A stretch of 15,850 bases of DNA from Candidatus Iainarchaeum sp. (GTDB lineage Archaea; Iainarchaeota; Iainarchaeia; Iainarchaeales; JAFCCW01): NCBI GenBank assembly GCA_017609985.1, contig JAFCCW010000018.1, positions 1-15,850 of the forward strand. Reading direction: 5' to 3'. Both the position numbers and the translations under genes were made by a program. This document shows positions 1 to 7,224 of this stretch, one piece after another; positions within the stretch are counted from its first letter, which is position 1; every line of letters begins with the position of its first letter. Under the pieces are notes generated by a model that worked only from the letters and a program-made list of their open reading frames with translations, did no database searches and was not told where the DNA came from.

Positions 1-50
1 ACAATGTTCAGGTAATAGAAGACGTAATGTAAAAATGACGATGCACGATA

Positions 51-73
51 CTGCGGGCTTGAAAAGCCCGCAG
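51..73. repeat. GC-rich perfect inverted repeat (10-bp stem, 3-nt loop)
   Basis: CTGCGGGCTT-GAA-AAGCCCGCAG read directly. It lies about 20 nt after a possible + strand gene end (...NVQVIEDVM*, TAA 30-32). Confidence 0.7.
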
Positions 74-90
74 AGTAAATTCACGGGGTC

Positions 91-109
91 ATAGGGGCGG
101 AGCCCCTAT
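91..109. repeat. GC-rich hairpin (8-bp stem), terminator or mobile-element-end-like
   Basis: ATAGGGGC-GGA-GCCCCTAT, preceded by CGGGGTC. It contains the stop codon of the minus-strand ORF 106..411. Confidence 0.6.
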
Positions 110-411
110 TTCATTAGTACTCGGTGTTTTATCTGGATTGTCCTTTTTTTTCTCAAATCAAGACAAAGCAAACCATAAGCGCAGTGAAAGAAAGAATAAT
201 ATGCCAAGACGGCTTCAGTAAGAGGAGACTTCAATTCTTTTCCAGCCATAAAGGACAATATCAAATAGTTCATCGCCCAAACAAAATGTGCATCAGCTAT
301 GTTCAATTGCTCTTTTTGCGTTTTATCAATATTTCTGCTAAAGAATTTTTCTAAAATTTTTTTGTTAACTATTCTATTTGGTAAAGCCATACTCTTAATA
401 GGGTTTAACAT
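106..411 (-). pseudogene. HEPN-domain-like protein, apparently C-terminally truncated
   Basis: VLAYYSFFHCAYGLL...IKH resembles the HEPN N-terminal motif AYYAxFHAAxALL...K(S/T)H. The ORF stops 5 residues after the His and lacks the C-terminal half. Confidence 0.5.
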
Positions 412-633
412 TTAAAATGGGTTTCTGAGTTGCTCTTTAAAGTTTTTTTCACTTGTAAGTAACGATTTGGCACTGTGGTTTGCGTTCTTCTAGCTGCTTT
501 TTGAAGCAGTTCAAACTCTTAATTAGCCTCTCTGTTTCGTAAGTATCCTTTATTATTGCCTCCACTAATTTTCCAAAGCGATTTTAATAAACTGATTCAA
601 AAAGCCAAAGAAGAAGGAACCCTTATAGAATAA

Positions 634-831
634 AATCATGTTACTCGCAAAACCATTATACTTTGGGAAGACAACAATTTAAAAGAAAAAGAATGCGAAG
701 TAGAAGTTCGCGACAAAAACGGCAACCTCATCGAAACACTAAAAGAAAAATGCCAACAAGCCTCCGCCGAAAACGTGGAAAAAAACCAATACCTTGGAAA
801 AGTCGTATGGTGGATGACAATAATACCTTAG
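634..831 (+). pseudogene. Start-less protein-like reading-frame fragment (65 codons)
   Basis: Open frame NHVTRKTIILWEDNNLKEKECEVEVRDKNGNLIETLKEKCQQASAENVEKNQYLGKVVWWMTIIP*, with an in-frame TAA at 631-633 directly upstream and coding-like composition. Confidence 0.3.
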
Positions 832-860
832 CCTAAGAACGAATAAGAGTGGAATTGAAT

Positions 861-907
861 AAGAAAATTAATTAACCTTCCTAACCCTTATTTTAACTGG
901 TTAAAAT
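861..907 (+). promoter_or_regulatory. Putative archaeal promoter of argS (BRE/TATA-like) with palindrome over the start
   Basis: AAGAAAA followed by TTAATTAA (868-875), about 30 nt before the ATG. ATTTTAAC-TG-GTTAAAAT at 890-907. No Shine-Dalgarno site. Confidence 0.45.
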
Positions 908-2624
908 GCTTGAATTCAAAGAAGAAATTTCAACAGCGGTTGAAAAAGCATTGAATGGAAAACTTAAGCGAAACGAAATAGTTAACCTTATGGAAGTGCC
1001 TCCGTCTCCTGAACTGGGCGATTTTGCTTTCCCTTGTTTCAAGCTCTCTGCTTTAATGAAAAAAGCACCAAACGTCATCGCTGTGGAACTATCCAAAAAA
1101 ATCGTTTTGCCGGAATGCGTTGAGAAGACAGAACCTGCTGGTCCATACATCAATTTTTTTATAACAAAGCAGTTCATCGCAAGCCAGGCTATAAAAAAGG
1201 TTTTGTCGCAAAAAGAAGAGTTTGGCCGCAGCTCGCTTGGCAACGGACAAAAAGTAATGGTTGAGTACAGTGCGCCGAACACAAACAAGCCTTTGCATTT
1301 AGGGCATTTGAGAAATAACTTTCTTGGCATGTCTGTTGCAAGAATTTTGCAAGCAAACGGCTTTGAGGTTGTAAAGGCAAACCTTGTCAATGACAGGGGC
1401 ATTCATATCTGCAAGAGCATGCTTGCCTACAAGCTGTTTGGCAAAGGCAAAACTCCTGAATCTGAAAACAAGAAGTCAGACCATTTTGTTGGCGACTACT
1501 ATGTAATGTACAATCAAAAAGTCAAGGAAAATTCTGATTTGGAAAAGCAAGCCTATGACATGCTGCAAAAATGGGAAAAAGGAGACAAGGAAACAATTGC
1601 ATTGTGGGAAAAAATGACTAAATGGGCAGTTGACGGCTTCAAACAAACCTATAAAAAGTTTGGAACAAAATTTGACACTTGGTTTTTTGAATCCAAGTTC
1701 TACGACAAGGCAAAGCCTGTTCTTGAGCTTGGAAAAGAAAAAGGTCTTTTCAAAGAAAACGACGAAGGTGCTTTAATGGCGCAGCTTGAAGAGCATGGCA
1801 TGCCAAACAAAACCGTTTTGAGAGCAGACGGAACAAGCATTTACATTACAAACGACTTGGCTTTAACCAAGCACAAGTTTGAGCACTTCAAGCTTAATGA
1901 GGCGTTTTGGGTTGTTGCCTCTGAACAAGACTTATACTTCAAGCAGCTTTTCAAGATATTTGAACTGGTTGGCTTTCCTTGGGCAAAAAATTGCAAACAC
2001 TTAAGCTATGGCATGGTAAACCTGCCTTCCGGCAAGATGAAAAGCAGAGAAGGAACAGTTGTTGACGCTGATGACTTACTTGCCGAGCTCGAAGGGCTTG
2101 CAAGAGAAAAAATTAAAAAGCGTGACGAGAAGATTGGAAAGAAAGAGCTTGGTGAAAGAAGCATGGCGATTGCCCTGGCTGCCATAAAGTTTCACTTGCT
2201 CAAGGTTGCAGCCAAAAAGGACTTGCTTTTCAATCCAAAGGAAAGCGTTTCTTTTGAGGGTGAAACAGGCCCTTACATCCAGTACACTCACGCTAGGGCA
2301 AAAAGCATTCTGAGAAAAGCAAAAGATGCTGCCAAACCTACAGGCTTCAAGAACCTTTCAAGCGCGGAAGAACAAAAGCTTGCAAAGCTGCTTGCCTCCT
2401 TTCCAAGCATTGTGGAAAAAAGCTTGCAACAGATGAGCCCTCATATAATATGCCAGTTTTTGATTGAAACAGCCGAAGCCTTTAACACGTTTTACCACAA
2501 ACACCGCGTAATTCAAGCCTCTGACAAAGTCCGCAGCGAAAGGCTTGCCTTAGTGAAAGCAACGGCACAGGTTTTGAAAAACGGGTTGTCTTTGCTTGAC
2601 ATTGAAGCAATAGAAGAAATGTAG
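906..2624 (+). CDS. argS: Arginine--tRNA ligase
   Basis: 572 aa; VEYSAPNTNKPLHLGHLRN (HIGH motif), GKMKSREG (KMSKS-like), FEGETGPYIQYTHARAKSIL, C-terminal DALR-type domain ending IEEM. Confidence 0.98.
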   Translation: MLEFKEEISTAVEKALNGKLKRNEIVNLMEVPPSPELGDFAFPCFKLSALMKKAPNVIAVELSKKIVLPECVEKTEPAGPYINFFITKQFIASQAIKKVLSQKEEFGRSSLGNGQKVMVEYSAPNTNKPLHLGHLRNNFLGMSVARILQANGFEVVKANLVNDRGIHICKSMLAYKLFGKGKTPESENKKSDHFVGDYYVMYNQKVKENSDLEKQAYDMLQKWEKGDKETIALWEKMTKWAVDGFKQTYKKFGTKFDTWFFESKFYDKAKPVLELGKEKGLFKENDEGALMAQLEEHGMPNKTVLRADGTSIYITNDLALTKHKFEHFKLNEAFWVVASEQDLYFKQLFKIFELVGFPWAKNCKHLSYGMVNLPSGKMKSREGTVVDADDLLAELEGLAREKIKKRDEKIGKKELGERSMAIALAAIKFHLLKVAAKKDLLFNPKESVSFEGETGPYIQYTHARAKSILRKAKDAAKPTGFKNLSSAEEQKLAKLLASFPSIVEKSLQQMSPHIICQFLIETAEAFNTFYHKHRVIQASDKVRSERLALVKATAQVLKNGLSLLDIEAIEEM

Positions 2625-2654
2625 CATTAAAAAAAGGAAGGCGCCCTGCTTGCG

Positions 2655-3071
2655 TTACATTCTTCTTTTTCTTAACTCGGCTTGTGCTAGTGGTTGGTAG
2701 TGTTTGAATAGGTTGAGGTCTCTAAGCGCTTTGTGAAGCCTGATATCTATAGGGTTTTGAGAAGGCCCCCAATGACTGTGCGGGTCGAACCCTACAAAGT
2801 ATGGCTTTGCTTTTGCTTCGAGTTTGGCAATGTCTTGTGAAAGCCTGTAGTGCCTGTGCCCAAAGTCCCGAAGCTTTTCCTCGGCTTTTATGAAGCTGAA
2901 GTTTTTCATGTTTGTGTGGAATTCTTGAAACTGGTCTACAAGCTTCTGCGTTTTTTCAGCCAGGTTTTTGGAGTTTTTTTCCAGTTCCCTTCGAACAGCA
3001 ACTTTTTTCTTTAACGGCAGTCGCTTGAAGGTGGTTGAAAAGAAGCGTTTTTCAATTTTTGGACGTGGCAT
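2655..3071 (-). CDS. Hypothetical basic protein (ORFan, 138 aa)
   Basis: ATG start, TATA-like box about 22 nt upstream, fills the gap between argS and the ACT gene; no recognisable motif. Confidence 0.75.
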   Translation of the reverse strand: MPRPKIEKRFFSTTFKRLPLKKKVAVRRELEKNSKNLAEKTQKLVDQFQEFHTNMKNFSFIKAEEKLRDFGHRHYRLSQDIAKLEAKAKPYFVGFDPHSHWGPSQNPIDIRLHKALRDLNLFKHYQPLAQAELRKRRM

Positions 3072-3092
3072 AACAACTGAATGGCGTGAAAC

Positions 3093-3110
3093 TATTTAAA
3101 CATTCTTTCC
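3093..3110 (-). promoter_or_regulatory. Putative TATA/BRE for the leaderless 2655..3071 gene
   Basis: Minus strand reads GGAAAGAATG-TTTAAATA, about 22 nt before the ATG. Confidence 0.5.
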
Positions 3111-3127
3111 ATTTTTTTGGCTTGGTT

Positions 3128-3760
3128 TCAGAATTTCAGCACTTTCATCGCTTTTGCCAAGTCTTCTTCTTCTATTACAAACAAGGTGTCTGTCCAGCTT
3201 GACATTGTTTCCAAAATGTTGATTTCGTTTTCTCCAAACAGGGAGTAAAGGTATGCTACAATTCCTGATGTTTTCTCTATCTCCTTTGATGCCTTGAGGA
3301 GAATTTCAACCAAATCTTTTTTTTCATCAATTATCCCAAACTTGAATTTGTTCCTTATTTTTTTGCCGAACTTTTGGTCGGTAATCAAAGTAAAGGTTTT
3401 GCTTCCCTCTATAAGGTGAAAGGAGCCTTGTTCGCTTGTAATTTCTTTTGCCAAATCAATTATTCCTTCAAAGGAAACAGCTTGGTCCAAAATCGCCACC
3501 ATCATCTTGCTTTTTGTTTCCAAACGGCTTTTTTTGAGAATATCCATTATCTCATTTTCTTTGACCGCAGGTAATGCCATCTTTTCCGCATATCTCCTGC
3601 TTGCAACCAACACGGCCTCAAAATTTTTTAATCCCTCAAGTTTCAATTCTTCAATGATTTTTCTTGACAAAGCAGAATAATTAATCAGCCCCATCTTTAG
3701 GCAATCCTTAATACTTGGATGCGAAACAATGTATTCCTCTGTTGCTTTTGCTATGCTCAT
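3128..3760 (-). CDS. ACT-domain protein with N-terminal helical (HTH-like) domain; putative amino-acid-sensing regulator
   Basis: 210 aa; N-terminal DCLKMGLINYSALSRKI motif; C-terminal aspartokinase/CASTOR-type ACT signature TSGIVAYLYSLFGENEINILETMSSWTDTLFVIEEED; divergent from the arg operon. Confidence 0.85.
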   Translation of the reverse strand: MSIAKATEEYIVSHPSIKDCLKMGLINYSALSRKIIEELKLEGLKNFEAVLVASRRYAEKMALPAVKENEIMDILKKSRLETKSKMMVAILDQAVSFEGIIDLAKEITSEQGSFHLIEGSKTFTLITDQKFGKKIRNKFKFGIIDEKKDLVEILLKASKEIEKTSGIVAYLYSLFGENEINILETMSSWTDTLFVIEEEDLAKAMKVLKF

Positions 3761-3779
3761 AATAGGTTATTAAAGCGAC

Positions 3780-3800
3780 AAACATATAAATGTTTTATTT
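3780..3800 (-). promoter_or_regulatory. Putative TATA box of the ACT gene, inside a 6-4-6 palindrome
   Basis: Minus strand AAATAAAACA-TTTATATG about 22 nt before ATG 3760. AAACAT-ATAA-ATGTTT at 3780-3795. Confidence 0.5.
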
Positions 3801-3832
3801 AGGACATTTTTGGCTGAAATTGTCATAAATTT

Positions 3833-3850
3833 GCCAAAAAATATATAAAT
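3833..3850 (+). promoter_or_regulatory. Putative BRE/TATA promoter of the arg operon
   Basis: GCCAAAAAA-TATATAAAT (TATATAAA 3842-3849). SD-like GAGGT at 3926-3930 before ATG 3940. Confidence 0.55.
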
Positions 3851-3939
3851 AAAGCTTGCTCTAATTAGTTAGGTTAAAAGCAAACCTATTTTACGGATGC
3901 CCAACAAACCAAACCCTAGACATTAGAGGTAATGCAAAA

Positions 3940-5157
3940 ATGACAAAAGAGAAAATTGTTTTGGCCTTTTCAGGCGGACTGGACACATCGTTCTGTGTTC
4001 CATATTTGAAAGAAAAGTATAACGCAGACATAATCACAGCCATTGTTGACACAGGCGGCTTTTCAGAAAAAGAACTGAAAGAAATTGAAGAAAAATCAAA
4101 AAAGCTTGGCGCAATAAAACACTACACAGTTGACGGAAAAAGCAACGTGTTCAACGAATTTATAACCTATATAATCAAGGGAAATGTCTTAAGGGGAGGC
4201 GTCTATCCGCTAAGTGTTGCGGCCGAAAGGATTGTTCAAGCAGAGGAAATTGTAAAAATTGCCAAAAAAGAAAACGCAACTGCAATAGCCCATGGCTCAA
4301 CAGGAGCAGGAAACGACCAAGTAAGGTTTGACACAGCATTCAGTGTTCTTGCGCCAAACATAAAAATCATGACACCCATAAGGGTGCTTGGAATATCAAG
4401 GGAAGAGGAAACCAAATACCTAAACAAAAAAGGCTTTCCAGTTAAATCGGAAACAAAAAAATACTCAATAAACTCAGGGCTTTGGGGAACCACAATTGGC
4501 GGAGGAGAAACACACAACAGCTGGCAGGACATTCCAAACCAGGCATTTACCCAAACACAGCCAATAGAAAACACCCCTAATGACCCGGAAACGATTGAAA
4601 TAGAATTCAGCAAAGGAATTCCAATCGCGCTAAATGGAAAAAAAATGGCTGGAATAGAACTAGTCAAAAAACTGAACGAACTTGGAAACAAACATGGCAT
4701 AGGCCGAGGAATACACATCGGAGATACAATTATGGGAATCAAGGGAAGAATTGGCTTTGAGGCACCAGCGCCAATAATCCTAATCAAAGCACACAAAGAA
4801 CTTGAAAAATTGGTTTTAACCAAATGGCAACAGTTTTGGAAAGACCAACTTAGCAATTTTTTTGGAATGGCATTGCACGAAGCATTATACTTTGACCCAA
4901 TAACAACAGACATTAAGGCATTGATTGACTCAAGCCAGGAAAAAGTTTCAGGAAAAGTCAAAGCAAAACTCTTAAAGGGAAAGGCATCAATCACAGGATG
5001 CAAAAGCCCTTACTCAATGATGGACAAAGACATTGCAACATACGGCGAAGGCACCCTTCTCTGGAACGGGGAAGAAGCCAAAGGATTCTGCAAAATATAC
5101 GGAATTCAAAGCCTTCTGGCAAAAAAAGCAGCGGAAAAAGGAGCGAAACAAAAATGA
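3940..5157 (+). CDS. argG: Argininosuccinate synthase (copy 1)
   Basis: 405 aa; PP-loop LAFSGGLDTS, AHGSTGAGNDQVRFD, GIKGRIGFEAPA. Confidence 0.97.
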   Translation: MTKEKIVLAFSGGLDTSFCVPYLKEKYNADIITAIVDTGGFSEKELKEIEEKSKKLGAIKHYTVDGKSNVFNEFITYIIKGNVLRGGVYPLSVAAERIVQAEEIVKIAKKENATAIAHGSTGAGNDQVRFDTAFSVLAPNIKIMTPIRVLGISREEETKYLNKKGFPVKSETKKYSINSGLWGTTIGGGETHNSWQDIPNQAFTQTQPIENTPNDPETIEIEFSKGIPIALNGKKMAGIELVKKLNELGNKHGIGRGIHIGDTIMGIKGRIGFEAPAPIILIKAHKELEKLVLTKWQQFWKDQLSNFFGMALHEALYFDPITTDIKALIDSSQEKVSGKVKAKLLKGKASITGCKSPYSMMDKDIATYGEGTLLWNGEEAKGFCKIYGIQSLLAKKAAEKGAKQK

Positions 5158-6191
5158 AAATCAAAGTAGACAAAATATCCTCATCAACAAAAAACACAAA
5201 ACTTTCAACAATAGTGGAAGTATCCAAAAAAATTGATACAAAAGAAGGAAGCGTTATAATTGTTGAAGCCTTGGACGAAAACCTGGCTTACGGCAAAATT
5301 GAACTGCTTACAGGAAGAATGAGCAAAGTAATTGAAGGGGACATAATCGCAGGAACCCTCGGAGAAAGAAAAGCACTTAAAGGATACTCAGGCACAATTC
5401 CAAAAAAAGTCAAGCCAGGCGACAAGCTAAACCTGCTCAACCTTGGCGGCATAATTGGAAAACTTGTTTCAGGAAATCCCGAACTTGGAAAGCCAATCGA
5501 AGTAAAAGTCATAGGGCAGGCAATAATCTTTCCAGTGTTCGACCAAAGGATTGGAAAACCAGCCAACATAAAAGAAAACGCCATTGCCTGGAAAGACAAT
5601 CTGGAAAAAAGCGTTCCGCTAATAATCTTCTCAGCCTCCTGCATGGACACAGGCAAAACAACAGCCGCATGCGAGCTAATCAAAGGGCTTACAGCAAAAG
5701 GCTACAAGGTTGCCGCTACAAAACTTACAGGAGTCTCGCTTATGAGAGATACCCTAAACATGAAAGATTACGGCGCAGTCAAAGTCCTTGACTTCAACGA
5801 CGCAGGCATGGCCTCAACAACCGGCAAAAGCATTAACAGCCTTGCCAAAGGAATAATCTCAAAACTAACCAAAGAAAACATAGATTGCATTGTAATAGAA
5901 CTAGGAGACGGAATACTCGGAGACTACGGCGTCAAATCATTCCTGGAAGACAAGCAAATAATGAAATTCGCAAAAGCCCACATAATATGCGCAAACGACC
6001 AGGTTTCAGCATGGGGAGCCAAACAACTGTTCCAAAAATTTGGCTTAGAAATCACACTAATCTCCGGAAGAGTTACAGACAACACAGTTGGAACAGAATT
6101 TATCGAAAAAACACTAGGAATTCCAGCAGCAAACGGAATAACAAACCCAAAAAAAATTGTTTCAATAATTGAAAAGAAGGTGTTCAAATGA
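5154..6191 (+). CDS. DUF1611/DgcN-like P-loop protein; candidate glutamate N-acylating enzyme
   Basis: True start is probably ATG 5154 (ATGA overlap with the argG stop), 345 aa. Walker-A-like SASCMDTGKTT, KLTGVSLMRD, DFNDAG and VIELGDGILG. Its stop overlaps the argC ATG. The CDS is secure; the function is inferred. Confidence 0.8.
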   Translation: MKIKVDKISSSTKNTKLSTIVEVSKKIDTKEGSVIIVEALDENLAYGKIELLTGRMSKVIEGDIIAGTLGERKALKGYSGTIPKKVKPGDKLNLLNLGGIIGKLVSGNPELGKPIEVKVIGQAIIFPVFDQRIGKPANIKENAIAWKDNLEKSVPLIIFSASCMDTGKTTAACELIKGLTAKGYKVAATKLTGVSLMRDTLNMKDYGAVKVLDFNDAGMASTTGKSINSLAKGIISKLTKENIDCIVIELGDGILGDYGVKSFLEDKQIMKFAKAHIICANDQVSAWGAKQLFQKFGLEITLISGRVTDNTVGTEFIEKTLGIPAANGITNPKKIVSIIEKKVFK

Positions 6192-7207
6192 AGAAAAAAG
6201 TAGCAATAATTGGAGCAGGCGGATACGTCGGAAGCGAACTGCTGCGCTTGCTTTTATTCCACGACGGAGTTGAAGTAACCAAGGCAATAAGCCTTGAAAA
6301 CATAGGAGAAAACGTTGCAGTAGTGCACAAAAATCTGCAAAACCTCACAAGCCTGTGCTTTTCCAACGAACCAGCAGACAAAATAGCCAAAGAAGTCGAC
6401 CTGATTCTCTTTGCGCTGCCCCACTGCCTTGCAATGAACATGGTTCCAAAAGCAATTGGAAAAGCAAAAATAATTGACCTAAGTGCAGACTACAGAATAG
6501 AAAACCCAAAAACCTATGAGCAATTTTACAAAAAACACTCGTCGCCACAGCTAATCAAAGAATTCATATACGGGTTTCCTGAATTTAACAAAGAAGAAGT
6601 GAAAAAAGCCGAAAACATTGCCAATCCAGGCTGTTTTCCAACAGGCGCGCTTCTAGCCCTAATGCCGCTAGCAAAAGAAAATATGCTAACAGACCACGTG
6701 ATAGTTGACGCAAAAACTGGCTCAAGCGGTTCGGGAGTACACCCCGGACTTGGCACACACCATTCAGAAAGAGCAGAAGACTTCAAGGCATACAAAGTGC
6801 TAAAGCATCAGCATGGGCCAGAAATAGAACAAGAACTGAAAAAAGCAAACAAAAAAGAATTTGACTTCACATTCGTAACACACTCAGCACCAATGATTAG
6901 GGGAATTTTCATAACAGCCTATGTGTTCTTAGAAAAGGAAACCACAAAAGAAGAACTGGAAAAGATTTACAAAAAATACTACGAAAAAGAGCCATTCGTC
7001 AGAATTGTTGAGCAAGCAAGAAGCACTGTAGTAAAAGGAACAAACTTTTGCGACATAAGCATAGCATGCCAAGGCAAAAAAGCAGTGATAACAACAGCAG
7101 TCGACAATCTAGTGAAAGGAGCGGCAGGAACAGCAGTGCAAAACATGAACCTAATGCTTGGATTCGAAGAAACAAAGGGTTTGATGTTTCCAGGAACACA
7201 CCCCTAA
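6188..7207 (+). CDS. argC: N-acetyl(acyl)-gamma-glutamyl-phosphate reductase
   Basis: 339 aa; IIGAGGYVGSEL, ALPH, IDLSADYR, catalytic IANPGCFPTG, DNLVKGAAGTAVQNMN. Confidence 0.97.
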   Translation: MKKKVAIIGAGGYVGSELLRLLLFHDGVEVTKAISLENIGENVAVVHKNLQNLTSLCFSNEPADKIAKEVDLILFALPHCLAMNMVPKAIGKAKIIDLSADYRIENPKTYEQFYKKHSSPQLIKEFIYGFPEFNKEEVKKAENIANPGCFPTGALLALMPLAKENMLTDHVIVDAKTGSSGSGVHPGLGTHHSERAEDFKAYKVLKHQHGPEIEQELKKANKKEFDFTFVTHSAPMIRGIFITAYVFLEKETTKEELEKIYKKYYEKEPFVRIVEQARSTVVKGTNFCDISIACQGKKAVITTAVDNLVKGAAGTAVQNMNLMLGFEETKGLMFPGTHP

Positions 7208-7224
7208 AAAAAGAAGGTGAAAAA

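Noticed and set aside
832-905. T-box or riboswitch upstream of argS or argG
   Set aside because: The leaders are too short and show no T-box consensus or terminator/antiterminator.
4236-5003. Long antisense ORFs (also 893..1402, 10474..11058, 14756..15451 and many shorter ones)
   Set aside because: They are shadows of well-supported genes. Their F/S/I/L-rich translations reflect A-rich sense codons, and the similarity between the two argG antisense ORFs follows from paralogy.
4998-5153. N-terminal extensions in the ORF track (4998, 7048, 14409 starts)
   Set aside because: The first two overlap upstream genes and the third lacks an SD. Better starts are 5154 (ATGA coupling), 7225 and 14490 (GGTGA SD), where family similarity begins.
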